Shown here piece after piece: positions 1 through 15,300 of a DNA stretch of 64,000 bases; positions within the stretch are counted from its first letter, which is position 1; each line of letters opens with the position of its first letter. Under the pieces are notes generated by a model, which was not told the origin of the DNA, did not search any database, and saw only the letters and a list, made by a program, of their open reading frames with translations. The position numbers and the translations under genes were made by a program. Origin of the DNA: an uncultured Candidatus Binatia bacterium (GTDB taxonomy: Bacteria > Desulfobacterota > Binatia > UBA9968 > JAJDTQ01); assembly GCA_965213675.1 (NCBI GenBank), contig OZ243916.1:640001-704000 (forward strand), read 5' to 3'.

Positions 1-3000
1 TGGTGACGCGGTCCGGGGCGACGGGGAACGTGGTGTCGGTGAAGTGGGCGACCGCGCTGGTGGATGAGGCGGGAGGCGCCAGCGCGGGCGATTTCACGCA
101 GACGACCAACCCGGCGACGCTGAATTTTGCCGCGGGGGTCACCACGAAGACGATCACGGTGCGGACCACGGAGGACGTGCTGCACGAAGGGAACGAGACC
201 TTCGAGGTGCGGTTGAGCGAGGCGGCGAAAGGCCCCAATGATCCTGCGCCGGCCACGCCCGAGATCACGGACGCCACCGGCGTGGGGACCATCGAGGACG
301 ACGACGCCGCGCCCACCGGCATCACGCTGGCGGCGAGTCGGGACAAGGTGGGAGAGCAAGCCGGGGCGACGACGGTGACGGTAACGGCATCGGTGAACGG
401 GACGACGCGGTACGTGGATGCGAAGGAGGTGACGGTAAGCGTGGGCGGCGGCACAGCCACGGAGGTGACGGACTACGCCGCGGTGACGGACTTCACGGTG
501 ACCATCGCCGCGGGGGCGGCCAGCGCCGCGGGAACGTTCACGCTGACGCCCACGGATGACACCCTCGACGAGCCCGACGAGACCATCCAGGTAACGGGGG
601 CATCGGGACCACTGGCGATCACCGCGGACACCGTCACCATCGAAGACAACGACGCAACGCCGAGCTTCTCGGTGGCGGACGCAAGCGTGCCGGAAGGTGG
701 TGCGGCGGCGTTTGTGGTGACGCGGTCGGGGGCCACGGGCAATGCGGTGTCGGTGGATTGGGAGACGGCGCTGCGAAGCGGCGCCGGAGCGGCCGGCGCG
801 GGAGATTTCATGCAAGCGACGGCCGCGACGCTGAGTTTCGCGGCGGGGGACACGACGAAGACGGTAACGGTTCAGACCACGGAGGATGTGCTGCACGAAG
901 GGAACGAGGCCTTCGAGGTGCGGTTGAGCGGCGCCGCGAAGGCAGCCGATGATCCGGGTCCGGCGACGCCGGTGATCGCGGACGCCACGGCCGTGGGCAC
1001 CATTGAGGACGACGACGCCGCGCCCAGCGGCATCACCTTGGCGGCCAGTCCGGACGCCGCGGGGGAGGAAGCCGGGGCGACGACGGTGACGGTAACGGCA
1101 TCGGTGAACGGCACGACGCGGTATGTGGATGCGAAGGCGGTGGTGGTGAGCGTGGGCGGTCGGACGGCCACGGAGGCGAGGGATTACGCGGCGGTATCGG
1201 ATTTCACGGTGACCATCGCCGCTGGGGCGGCCAGTGCCACGGGAACGTTCACGCTGACGCCAACCAACGACACGTTGGACGAGCCGGACGAGACCGTCCA
1301 GACAACGGGCACGTCGGGCTCGCTGGCGATTACCGCGGACACCCTCACCATCGAGGACGACGACGCCACGCCGAGTTTTTCGGTGGCGGACGCGACGGCA
1401 ACGGAGGGTGGCGCGGCGGCGTTTGTGGTGACCCGGTCGGGGGCCACGGGCAACGCGGTGTCGGTGGATTGGAAGACGGCGCTGTCGAGTGGAGCGGGAG
1501 CGGCGAGCGCGGCGGACTTCACGCAAGCGACCAACGCCGCGACGCTGAGCTTTGCGGCGGGGGACACGGCGAAGACGGTAACGGTGCAGACCACGGAGGA
1601 CGTGCTGCACGAAGGGAACGAGACCTTCGAGGTTCGGTTGAGCGGCGCGGCGAAGGCGTCGGATGATCCGGGTCCGGCGACGCCGGAGATCGCCGACGGC
1701 ACGGGCGTGGGGACCATTGAGGACGACGACGCGGCGCCCAGCGGCATCACCTTGGCGGCGAGTCCGGACAAGGTGGGGGAGGAAGACGGGGGGACGAGGG
1801 TGACGGTGACGGCATCGGTGAACGGCGGGACGAGGTACGCGGATGCGAAGGCGGTGGTGGTGAGCGTGGACGGTGGGACGGCCACGGAGGCGAGGGATTA
1901 CGCGGCGGTATCGGACTTCACGGTGACCATCGGCGCGGGAGCGGCGAGCGGTTCGGGGATGTTCACGCTGACGCCAACCAACGACACGTTGGACGAGCCG
2001 GACGAGACCCTCCAGGTAACGGGAACGTCAGGCTCGCTGGCGATCACCGCGGACACCCTCACCATCGAGGACGACGACGCCACGCCGAGTTTTTCGGTGG
2101 CGAACGCGACGGCAACGGAGGGGAACGCGGCGGCGTTTGTAGTGACCCGGTCGGGAGCGACGGGGAACGCGGTATCGGTGGATTGGAAGACGGCGCTGTC
2201 GAGTGGAGCGGGAGCGGCGAGCGCGGCGGACTTCACGCAAGCGACCAACGCCGCGACGCTGAGCTTTGCGGCGGGGGACACGACGAAGACGGTAACGGTG
2301 CAGACCACGGAGGATGTGCTGCACGAAGGGAACGAGACCTTCGAGGTTCGGTTGAGCGGCGCGGCGAAGGCAGCCGATGATCCGGGTCCGGCGACACCGC
2401 AGATCGCCGACGCCACGGGCGTGGGCACCATCGAGGACGACGACGCCGCGCCCAGCGGCATCACATTGGCGGCGAGTCCGGACAAGGCAGGGGAGGAGGA
2501 TTCGGCGACGACGGTGACGGTGACCGCATCGGTGAACGGTGTGACGCGGTACGCGGATGCGAAGGCGGTGGTGGTGAGCGTGGGCGGCGGGACGGCGGTG
2601 GAGGGGACGGATTACGCGGACGTGTCGGACTTCACGGTGACCATCGCCGCGGGGGCGACCAGTGCCACGGGTACGTTTACGCTGACGCCGACCGACGATA
2701 CCTTGGACGAGCCGAACGAGACCCTCCAGGTGACGGGGGCATCGGGATCGCTGACCGTGACGCCTGACACCCTCACCATCGAGGACGACGAAGTCACGCC
2801 AAGCTTTTCGGTGGCGGACGCGACGGCAACGGAAGGCGGCGCGGCGGCGTTTGTGGTGACGCGGTCGGGGGCCACGGGCAACGCGGTGTCGGTGGATTGG
2901 AAGACGGCGCTGTCGAGTGGAGCGGGAGCGGCGAGCGCGACGGATTTCACGCAAGCGACCAACGCCGCGACGTTGAGCTTTGCGGCGGGGGACACGACGA

Positions 3001-6000
3001 AGACGGTAACGGTGCAGACCACGGAGGATGTGCTGCACGAGGGGAACGAGACCTTCGAGGTGCGGTTGAGCGGCGCGGCGAAGGCGTCGAGTGATCCCGG
3101 GCCGGCGACGCCGGTGATCGCGGACGCCACGGGCGTGGGCACCATTGAGGACGACGACGCGGCGCCCAGCGGCATCACCTTGGCGGCGAGTCCGGACAAG
3201 GTGGGGGAGGAAGACGGGGCGACGACGGTGACGGTGACGGCGTCGGTGAACGGCTTGACGCGGTACGCGGATGCGAAGGCGGTGGTGGTGAGCGTGGGCG
3301 GGGGGACGGCCACGGAGGCGACGGATTACACGGCGGTATCGGACTTCACGGTGACCATCGCCGCGGGGGCGGCCAGTGCCACGGGGACGTTCACGCTGAC
3401 GCCAACCAACGACACCCTGGATGAGCCGGACGAGACCGTCCAGATAACGGGCACGTCGGGCTCGCTGGCGATCACCGCGGACACCCTCACCATCGAGGAC
3501 GACGACGCCACGCCGAGTTTTTCGGTGGCGGACGCGACGGCAACGGAGGGGAACGCGGCGGCGTTTGTAGTGACCCGGTCGGGAGCGACGGGGAACGCGG
3601 TATCGGTGGATTGGAAGACGGCGCTGTCGAGTGGAGCGGGAGCGGCGAGCGCGGCTGATTTCACGCAAGCGACCAACGCCGCGACGCTGAGCTTTGCGGC
3701 GGGGGACACGACGAAGACCGTGACGGTTCAGACCACGGAGGACGTGCTGCACGAAGGGAACGAGACCTTCGAGGTTCGGTTGAGCGGCGCGGCGAAGGCG
3801 TCGAACGATCCGGGTCCGGCGACACCGGAGATCGCCGACGGCACGGGCGTGGGGACCATTGAGGACGACGACGCGGCGCCCAGCGGCATCACCTTGGCGG
3901 CGAGTCCGGACAAGGCGGGGGAGGAGGACGGGGGCACGACGGTGACGGTGACGGCGTCGGTGAACGGCGCGACGCGGTACGCGGATGCGAAGGCGGTGTT
4001 GGTGAGCGTGGGCGGGGGGACGGCCACGGAGGCGACGGACTACACGGCGGTATCGGATTTCACGGTGACCATCGGAGCGGGAGCGGCGAGCGGGTCGGGG
4101 ACGTTCACGCTGACACCGGTCAACGACACATTGGACGAGCCGGATGAGACGATACAGGTCACGGGGACATCGGGATCGCTGACGGTAACGGGTGACACGA
4201 TTACCATCGAAGACAACGATGCGGCGCCGGACGGGATCACGCTGGCGGCGAGTCCGGACAAGGTAGGGGAAGAGGATCGAGCGACCCGGGTGACGGTTAC
4301 GGCGTCGGTGAACGGGCAGACGCGGTATGTGGATGCACAGGTGGTGAGGGTAAGCGTGGGCGGCGGGACGGCGATGGAGGGGACGGACTACACGACGGTA
4401 TCGGACTTCACGGTGACCATCGCCGCGGGGGCGGCCAGCGCCACGGGCACGTTCACGCTGACGCCGACCAACGACACGCTGGACGAGCCGGACGAGACCA
4501 TCCAGGTAACGGGGGCGTCGGGATCGCTGACGGTAGCGGGTGACACGATTACCATCGAAGACAACGATGCGGCGCCGAGTTTTTCGGTGGCGGACGCCAC
4601 GGTAACGGAAGGCGGCGCGGCGGCGTTTGTGGTGACGCGGTCGGGGGCGACGGGGAACGCGGTGTCGGTGGATTGGAAAACGGCGCTGTTGAGTGGAGCC
4701 GGAGCGGCAAGCGCAGGGGACTTTACGCAAGCGACCAACGCCGCGACGCTGAGCTTTGCGGCAGGGGACACGACGAAGACGGTGAAGGTGCAAACCACGG
4801 AGGACGTGCTGGACGAAGGGAACGAGACCTTCGAGGTGCGATTGAGCGACGCCGCGAAGGCATCGGACGATCCTGGGCCGGCGACGCCGGAGGTCACAGA
4901 CGGCACGGGCGTGGGCACCATCGAGGACGACGACGCGGCGCCCAGCGGTATCACGCTGGTGGCGAGTCCGGACAAGGTGGGGGAGGAAGACGGGGCGACG
5001 CGGGTGACGGTGACCGCGTCGGTGAACGGGACGACGCGGTACGTGGACGAGAAGGTGGTAGTGGTGGACGTGGGCGGCGGGACGGCCATCGCGGGCACAG
5101 ACTACACGACGGTATCGGATTTTACGGTGACCATCGGCGCAGGGGCGGCGAGTGCGGCGGGAACGTTCAGGTTGACGCCCATCAACGATGTGGTGGACGA
5201 GCCGGACGAGACGATCCAGGTAACGGGCACATCGGGTTCGCTGGCGGTCACCGCGGACACCCTCACCATTGAGGACAACGAGACAGCGCCGACGGTGACG
5301 CTGGTGTTGACGCCGGTGAAGGTGGTGGAGGGCGACGCCGGGAAGGTCGCGGGGACGAGCGCAGTCACGGCGACGTTGAGCGGGGATTCGAGCGAGGCGG
5401 TGGTGTTGACGGTGGGGACGGCGCCAGGTGAGGACACGGCCACGTCGGACTACACGGTGAGTGCGAACAAGAAGCTGACCATCGCGGCGGAGACGCGGAG
5501 CAGCACGGGGACGGTGACGGTCACGCCGGTGGACAACGATGTGGACGCGCCGGACAAAACGGTGACGGTCACGGCGACGGTCACCGGGGGCAACGGGATA
5601 GCGGCCCCGGGTTCAAAGACCTTGACGTTGGAAGATGATGATGACCGCGGGGTGACGGTGACAGAGAGCGGGGACGGGACGGTAGTGGAAGAGGACGGGG
5701 ACACGGACACGTACACGGTGGAGCTGAACAGCGAGCCGACGGACACGGTGAGGATCGGTGTGGCAAGCAGCCACACGAGCCTCGCAACGGTGGACGTGAA
5801 CACGCTGACGTTCACGAGCCAGAACTGGGATCAGCCGCAGACGGTGACCGTGACGGGGGCGAATGAAAGCTTCGCCAACTCGGATGGATCCCGGACGGTG
5901 ACGATCACGCATACGGTGAGTGCGTCGGGCACGGACTACGCCAGGGAGACTGTGGAGTCGGTGGAAGTGACGGTGGAGGACAACGACGATGCGCCCGAAA

Positions 6001-9000
6001 TAATCGAGGTGAAAGACAAGGACATCGGCAGGCCGAATATCCCTCCGGTGGACGAGGGGGCTGGGCCCACGCAAATTGAGTTGGTGGTGGCGTTTCCGGG
6101 CGAAACGCTTTTTGATGTGGACAAGACGGTGACTGTGGAGGTCGGGACGTCGGATGATACGGCGACGGAAGGGGTGGACTACACGACGGTGGGAACGCAC
6201 TCGCTGACGATCGAGGCGGGAGAGCGGGGTACGACGTTCACGTTCACACTGACGCCCACGGACGACGTATTGGATGAACCGGACGAGACGCTCAGGGTGA
6301 AGGCGACCGTGGACGGCGAGACGATATCGACGACAACGACGATCACCATCGAGGACAACGACGCGGCGCCCAGCGGCATCACCTTGGCGGCAAGTCCGGA
6401 CAAGGCAGGGGAGGAGGATTCGGCGACGACGGTGACGGTGACCGCATCGGTGAACGGCACGACGCGGTATGTGGATGCGAAGGCGGTGGTGGTGAGCGTG
6501 GGCGGCGGCACGGCGGTCAAGGGGACGGACTACGCGGCGGTATCGGACTTCACGGTGACCATCGCCGCGGGGGCGGCCAGCGCCGCGGGAACGTTTACGC
6601 TGACGCCAACCAACGACACGTTGGACGAGCCAGACGAGACCCTCCAGATAACGGGCACGTCGGGCTCGCTGGCGATCACCGCAGACACCCTCACCATCGA
6701 GGACGACGACGCCACGCCGAGTTTTTCGGTGGCGGACGCGACGGCAACGGAGGGGAACGCGGCGGCGTTTGTAGTGACCCGGTCGGGAGCGACGGGGAAC
6801 GCGGTATCGGTGGATTGGAAGACGGCGCTGTCGAGTGGAGCGGGAGCGGCGAGCGCGGCGGATTTCACGCAAGCGACCAACGCCGCGACGCTGAGCTTTG
6901 CGGCGGGGGACACGACGAAGACGGTAACGGTGCAGACCACGGAGGACGTGCTGCACGAAGGGAACGAGACCTTCGAGGTGCGGTTGAGCGGCGCGGCGAA
7001 GGCGTCGAGTGATCCCGGGCCGGCGACGCCGGTGATCGCGGACGCCACGGCCGTGGGCATCATCGAGGACAACGACGCGGCGCCCAGCGGCATCACCTTG
7101 GCGGCGAGTCCGGACAAGGTGGGGGAGGAAGACGGGGGGACGAGGGTGACGGTAACGGCGTCGGTGAACGGCTTGACGCGGTACGCGGATGCGAAGGCGG
7201 TGGTGGTGAGCGTGGGCGGTGGGACGGCCACGGAGGCGACGGATTACGCGGCGGTGTCGGACTTCACGGTGACCATTGCCGCGGGGGCAGACAGCGGTTC
7301 GGGGACGTTCACGCTGACGCCAACCAACGACACCCTGGACGAGCCGGACGAGACTCTCCAGGTAACGGGCACGTCGGGCTCGCTGGCGATCACCGCGGAC
7401 ACCCTCACCATCGAGGACGACGACGCCACGCCAAGCTTTTCGGTGGCGGACGCGACGGCAACGGAGGGGAACGCGGCGGCGTTTGTAGTGACCCGGTCGG
7501 GGGCGACGGGGAACGCGGTATCGGTGGATTGGAAGACGGCGCTGTCGAGTGGAGCGGGAGCGGCGAGCGCGGCGGACTTCACGCAAGCGACCAACGCCGC
7601 GACGCTGAGCTTTGCGGCGGGGGACACGACGAAGACGGTAACGGTGCAGACCACGGAGGACGTGCTTCACGAAGGGAACGAGACCTTCGAGGTGCGGTTG
7701 AGCGGCGCGGCGAAGGCAGCGGATGATCCGGGTCCGGCGACGCCGGAGATCGCGGACGCCACGGGCGTGGGCACCATTGAGGACGACGACGCGGCGCCCA
7801 GCGGCATCACCTTGGCGGCGAGTCCGGACAAGGTGGGGGAGGAAGACGGGGCGACGACGGTGACGGTGACGGCGTCGGTGAACGGCTTGACGCGGTACGC
7901 GGATGCGAAGGCGGTGGTGGTGAGCGTGGGCGGCGGTACGGCCACGGAGGCGACGGATTACGCGGCGGTATCGGACTTCACGGTGACCATCGGAGCGGGA
8001 GCGGCGAGCGGCTCGGGGACGTTCAGGCTGACGCCGGCCAACGACACATTGGACGAGCCGGACGAGACGATACAGGTGACGGGGACGTCGGGGTCCCTGG
8101 CGGTAACGGGCGACACGGTGACCATCGAGGACAACGACACGGCGCCGGGCGGGGTCACGCTGGCGGCGAGTCCGGACAAGGTGGGGGAAGAGGACGGGGC
8201 GACGAGGGTGACGGTGACGGCGTCGGTGAACGGCTTGACGCGGTACGCGGATGCGAAGGCGGTGGTGGTGAGCGTGGATGGGGGGACGGCCACGGAGGCG
8301 ACGGACTACACGGCGGTAACGGACTTCACGGTGACCATCGGAGCGGGAGCGGCGAGCGGGTCGGGGACGTTCACGCTGACACCGGTCAACGACACATTGG
8401 ACGAGCCGGATGAGACGATACAGGTGACGGGGGCATCGGGGTCTCTGACGGTAACGGGCGACACGGTGACCATCGAGGACAATGACGCGGTGCCGGGCGG
8501 GATCACGCTGGCGGCGAGTCCGGACCAGGTGGGGGAAGAGGACGGGGCCACGACGGTGACGGTGACGGCGTCAGTGAACGGCACGACGCGGTACGCGGAC
8601 GCGAAGGCGGTGGTGGTGAGCGTGGGCGGCGGTACGGCCACGGAGGCGACGGACTACGCGGCGGTATCGGATTTCACGGTAACCATCGGAGCGGGAGCGG
8701 CGAGCGGGTCGGGGACGTTCACGCTGACACCGGCCAACGACACATTGGACGAGCCGGATGAGACGATACAGGTCACGGGGACATCGGGGTCTCTGGCGGT
8801 AACGGGCGATACGGTGACCATCGAGGACAATGACGCGGCGCCGGGCGGGATCACGCTGGCGGCGAGTCCGGACCAGGTGGGGGAAGAGGACGGGGCGACG
8901 ACGGTGACGGTGACGGCGTCGGTGAACGGCGTGACGCGGTATGGGAGCGACACGGCGGTGGTGGTGAGCGTGGGCGGTGGGACGGCCACGGAGGCGACGG

Positions 9001-12000
9001 ATTACGCGGCGGTATCGGACTTCACGGTGACCATCGGAGCGGGAGCGGCGAGCGGTTCGGGGACGTTCACGCTGACACCGGTCAACGACACATTGGACGA
9101 GCCGGACGAGACGATACAGGTCACGGGGACATCGGGGTCCCTGGCGGTAACGGGCGATACGGTGACCATCGAGGACAATGACGCGGCGCCGGGCGGGATC
9201 ACGCTGGCGGCGAGTCCGGACCAGGTGGGGGAAGAGGACGGGGCGACGACGGTGACGGTGACGGCGTCGGTGAACGGCGTGACGCGGTATGGGAGCGACA
9301 CGGCGGTGGTGGTGAGCGTGGGCGGCGGGACGGCCACGGAGGCGACGGACTACGCGGCGGTATCGGACTTCACGGTGACCATCGGAGCGGGAGCGGCGAG
9401 CGGTTCGGGGACGTTCACGCTGACACCGGCCAACGACACATTGGACGAGCCGGACGAGACGATACAGGTGACGGGGACATCGGGGTCTCTGACGGTAACG
9501 GGCGACACGGTGACCATCGAGGACAATGACGCGGCGCCGGGCGGGGTCACGCTGGCGGCGAGTCCGGACAAGGTGGGGGAAGAGGACGGGGCCACGAGGG
9601 TGACGGTGACGGCGTCGGTGAACGGCGCGACGCGGTACGCGGATGCGAAGGCGGTGGTGGTGAGCGTGGGCGGTGGGACGGCCACGGAGGCGACGGATTA
9701 CACGGCGGTATCGGACTTCACGGTAACCATCGGAGCGGGAGCGGCGAGCGGTTCGGAGACGTTCACGCTGACACCGGTCAACGACACATTGGACGAGCCG
9801 GACGAGACGATACAGGTCACGGGGACATCGGGGTCCCTGGCGGTAACGGGCGACACGGTGACCATCGAGGACAATGACGCGGCGCCGGGCGGGGTCACGC
9901 TGGCGGCGAGTCCGGACCAGGTGGGGGAAGAGGACGGGGCGACGAGGGTGACGGTGACGGCGTCGGTGAACGGCTTGACGCGGTATGGGAGCGACACGGT
10001 GGTGAGGGTAAGCGTGGGCGGGGGGACGGCCACGGAAGCGACGGACTACACGGCGGTAACGGCCTTCACGGTGACCATCGGAGCGGGAGCGGCGAGCGGG
10101 TCGGGGACGTTCACGCTGACACCGGTCAACGACACATTGGACGAGCCGGACGAGACGATACAGGTCACGGGGACATCGGGGTCTCTGACGGTCACAGGCG
10201 ACACAATCACCATCGAGGACAACGACGCGGCGCCGAGTGGCATCACGCTGGTGGCCAGCCCGGACAGTGTAAACGAGGGATCCGGGGCGACGACGGTGAT
10301 GGTAACGGCGTCGGTGAACGGGGCGACACGGCCTGGGAGCGACACGGCGGTGGTGGTGAGCGTGGGCGGCGGGACGGCGACAGCAGGGGAAGACTACGCG
10401 GCGGTATCGGATTTCACGGTGACCATCGGAGCGGGAGCGGCGAGCGGGTCGGGGACGTTCACGCTGACACCGGCCAACGACACATTGGACGAGCCGGATG
10501 AGACGATACAGGTCACGGGGACATCGGGGTCTCTGACGGTCACAGGCGACACAATCACCATCGAGGACAATGACGCGGCGCCGAGTGGCATCACGCTGGT
10601 GGCCAGCCCGGACAGTGTAAACGAGGGATCCGGGGCCACGACGGTGACGGTAACGGCGTCGGTGAACGGGGCGACACGGCCTGGGAGCGACACAGCGGTG
10701 GTGGTGAGCGTAGGCGGTGGGACGGCGACAGTAGGGGAAGACTACGCGACGGTATCGGATTTCACGGTGACCATCGGAGCGGGAGCGGCGAGCGGTTCGG
10801 GGACGTTCACGCTGACGCCGATCAACGACACATTGGACGAGCCGGATGAGACGATACAGGTGACGGGGGCATCGGGGTCTCTGACGGTAACGGGCGATAC
10901 GGTGACCATCGAGGACAACGACGCCACGCCGGGGGGGATCACGCTGGCGGCGAATCCGGACAAGGTAGGAGAAGAGGACGGGGCCACGACGGTGACCGTG
11001 ACGGCGTCGGTGAACGGCGTGACGCGGTATGGGAGCGACACGGCGGTGGTGGTGAGCGTGGGCGGTGGGACGGCCACGGAGGCGACGGATTACGCGACGG
11101 TATCGGACTTTACGGTAACCATTGGAGCGGGAGCGGCGAGCGGCTCGGAGACGTTCACGTTGACGCCGGCCAACGACACGTTGGACGAGCCGGACGAGAC
11201 GATACAGGTGACGGGGACATCGGGGTCTCTGACTGTAACGGGCGACACGGTGACCATCGAGGACAACGACGCGGCGCCGGGGGGGATCACGCTGGCGGCG
11301 AATCCGGACAAGGTGGGGGAAGAGGACGGGGCCACGACAGTGACGGTAACGGCGTCGGTGAACGGGGCGACACGGCCTGGGAGCGACACGGCGGTGGTGG
11401 TGAGCGTAGGCGGTGGGACCGCGACAGCAGGGGAAGACTACGCGACGGTATCGGATTTCACGGTGACCATCGGAGCGGGAGCGGCGAGCGGTTCGGGAAC
11501 GTTCACGCTGACGCCGATCAACGACACGCGGGACGAGCCGAACGAGACCATCCAGGTAACGGGGGCATCGGTATCGCTGGCGGTCACGGGCGACACGATC
11601 ACCCTCGAGGATAACGACGCGGCGCCGACACCGGCGCCGCGACCGGTGCCGACCGGGATTACGCTGGCGGCCAGTCCCGACAAGGTAAATGAGGGATCCG
11701 GGGCGACGACGGTGACGGTAACGGCGTCGGTGGACGGGACGGCGCGGTTTGGGAGCGCCACGGCCGTCCTGGTAAGCGTGGGCGGCGGGACGGCGACAGC
11801 AGGGGAAGACTACGCAACGGTAACGGACTTCACGGTGACCATCGGAGCGGGAGCGGCGAGCGGTTCGGGGACGTTCACGCTGACCCCGACCAACGATGTG
11901 ATGGATGAGCCGGACGAAACCATCCAGGTCACGGGCGCATCGGGATTGGTGACGGTGACGGGCGATACGATCTTCCTGGAAGATAACGACGCGGCGCCGA

Positions 12001-12350
12001 GCGGCCTCACGCTGGTGGCGAATCCGGACAGGGTAGGGGAGGACGACGGGGCGACGACGGTCACGGTAACGGCCTGGGTGAACGGCGTGACGCGGTACGT
12101 GGATGCGCAGGCGGTGCGGGTAAGCGTAGGCGGCGGGACGGCGACAGCCGGGACGGACTACGCGACGGTGGGGGATTTCACGGTGACCATCGGAGCGGGA
12201 GCGGCCAGTGGTTCGGGAACGTTCACGCTGACCCCGACCAACGATGTGATGGATGAGCCGGACGAGACCATCCAGGTCACGGGCGCATCGGGATCGCTGG
12301 CAGTGACCGGCGACACCCTAACCCTCGAAGACAACGACGACGCGCCGGCC
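1..12350 (+). repeat. Coding tandem repeats within the adhesin gene: ~714-bp two-domain units, then ~348-bp single-domain units
   Basis: Antisense ORF boundaries recur at 714-bp steps (1184, 1898, 2612, 3326, 4040; 6530, 7244, 7958) and 348-bp steps (7958 through 11438), with near-identical nucleotide blocks. Confidence 0.95.
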
Positions 12351-15300
12351 GTCCAACTGGTGCTTACCCCCGGTACGATCACCGAAGACGGATCCACGAG
12401 CGTAGTGAGCGCCATCATGAACGGGCAATCGTCACAAACCGTGACGTTGGCTGTAGCCGCGGCTCCGGGGGCGGGGACCGCGGCTTCGGACTACACGATG
12501 ACGGGGAGTACGCTGACCATCGCCTCTGGCGCGCAGTCCAGCACTGGACGGGTGGCGATTACGGCGGTGGACAACAACCTCTCCAACCCGAGCCGGTACG
12601 TGATCGTGTCGGCCACGGCATCGGGCACGGTCAAGGGTCCGCAAGACGTGAGCCTCACTATCATCGACGACGAGACGGCGCCCGTGGGAGCGGTTCTGAG
12701 CGCCACTCCCAGTTCCCTCAACGAGGATTCCGGAAAAACGCCGGTTGCGGTCACCGCGACGGTGGACGGCGCGCCGCGATCCGCCGCGACCGTGTTGCAG
12801 GTATCGGTATCCCCGGACACCGCGCAACAGGCGGACTTCGTCCCGGTGCCAGGGTTCTCGCTGACGATCGCGGCAGGAGAAACCCAGGGGACAGCGACGT
12901 TTCATCTGACACCCGTGGATGATCTCATCGACGAAACGCGCGAGACGCTGGAGATTGCCGGAACCACCACCGTCACCGATTACGCCGTGACGCCCGCGGG
13001 CATGGAAATCTACAATACGGACCCGCCGGCCTCCAATGTGATGCTCTCCGCGTCGCCGGCCAGCATCACCGAGGAGGGCGGGCCCCAAACGATCACGGTA
13101 ACCGCGCGCTTCGGCAAGGGACACCGGGGAACCGACACCGCGGTGACGGTTTCGGTGACGGGCAACACGGCTTCCGCCGCCGACTTCGAGCAGGTGTCCG
13201 ACTTCGTCATCCTGATTCCTTCGGGGACCGCCGACGCGTCGAAGGACTTTGTTCTGACCCCGGTGGATGACGGCGTGCCGGAAGAGACGGAAATCATCAC
13301 CATCTCCGGGACGACGAGTGTCCCGAACTTGACCGTCTTTCCCGGCGCCCTCTTGATTATGGATCAGGATACGGAGCCCACCGCGGTTACGCTCAGCGCG
13401 AGTCCCGACGCCGTGCCCGAGGATGGAGGCCCACGGGTCGTGCAGGTCCGAGCCGCGGTGGATGGCCCCGGTCGTTTCCCGTCGGACCGGATCGTCCGGG
13501 TTTCCGTGGGAGCGAGCGGTGACAGCGCGAGAGCGGGAATCGACTACGCCAATGTCGACACCTTCGACGTGACGATTCCTGCGGCAGCGGCCAGCGGGAC
13601 CGGCACGTTCGTGCTGGCGCCGGCGCCGGACGCGATACACGAACAGGACGAGACGCTGTCGGTCACGGGAACCCTGGCCGGTGTCAGCGTGACCGGGGAC
13701 ACGGTGTCCATTGTGGATGATGAGCCGGTTCCGGGGGTGACGTTGGTGGTGACGCCGGAGCGGATCAGCGAAAACGGCGGCGGGAGCCGGGTCACGGCGC
13801 GGCTGGATCGGAAGTCCGAAGTGGGGTTGGCGGTCGCGGTGGAGGTGGCGGCGCTCGCGGTGGCGCCGGCGAAGGCGGGTGATTTCGAGTTGAGCGCCAA
13901 CCGGACATTGCTCATCGCCGCCGGGGCGACGGAGAGCACCGGAGATGTGACCCTGCGGGCGGTGGACAACGACCTGCACGAAGGGGACAAGACCATCCGG
14001 TTGAGCGGCAGGACCGGCGGCGGGGATGGAGCCACGGCGCCGGCGCCGCGGGACCTGACCATCGTCGATGATGATACGATGCCCGTCCTTTCCATTGCGG
14101 ACGCGCGCGCCCGCGAGGGAGAACCGATGGTCTTTATGGTCACGCGCAGCGGCGCGCCCGGAAATGCGGTGGCCGTGATGTGGCAGACCCTGGATGACGC
14201 CGATGGACCGTTTCCGGCAAGCGCGGCGGATTATGCCGGCGCCAGCACGCCGCAAAAACTCAACTTCGCCAGCGGCGAGATGTACAAGTACATCGAGGTG
14301 CAAACACTGGAGGACCCGTACGTGGAACGCGATGAAACGTTCCGCGCGCGCCTCACGGAAGCGCAAGGCGTGGCCATGATCGACCCGGCTCGCCGCGACG
14401 GCAAGGGGACGATCGAAGACGACGACACGGCCAAGGGCGAGCGCATCACACGGCTGAACGAGGATATTCTGGGACGCGTGGGGTCGGCCTTGGTGCGGAG
14501 CCGGATGGATCAGATCGGCGAGTGCATCGAGCACGGCGCGTCGGGTCAGGGGGACGACGTGGCGCGCACCCTGGCGCATTGGGCCAAGGCCAACGCGGAC
14601 GACGCCAACCGACTGGACCGGCGGGAGGCGCGGTCCACCCGGGACATTCTCAACGGCGCGACACTGAGCGCCGGTTGGCAGTCGCATCAAGAGGTTCCGA
14701 GCGCGGGCGACCTGATGCTCTGTCTGGGCCTGGGGGCGGACGTGCGCAGCCTGTCCAGTGGCGACAGCGATTCCTTTGACTGGGACGGAGAGTTGTGGGA
14801 CGTGCATTTGGGCGGAAACATGCGCCTCGGGAGCCACACGCTGGTGGGCGTGGAGGTGTCCGAGCACAGAGCCAGGATCGACTGGACCCTCAAGGGCGCT
14901 CCCGCCAATGCGGATGGGGACTGGCGTATGAACCTGACCACGGTGCACCCCTATGCGGCGTGGTTCAACCCTGAAGGACAGCGGCTGTGGTTGATCGGCG
15001 GTTTCGGCCTTGGCGACCTGCGAATCATGGAGGACAGCGACTACGACGAGAAATCGGATCTGGGGCTCCGAAGCGTCTATCTCGGCGGGGTGGTGCCGCT
15101 TGATGGAAACTGGGGCGACCTGTCGCTGCGGCTGCGCGGCGACGCGTGGTACGGGACGTTGGAAGCGGACGACAACGGCAAACTCGTCACCGGGGCCAAG
15201 GCCCGCCTCGAGGGGGCACGCGTCTTCCTGGAGGCGCAACGCCGGGTGGCGCTGGGTGACGGCGGTTGGTTGCTGCCCTCGGCCCGGCTGGCGTTGCAGT

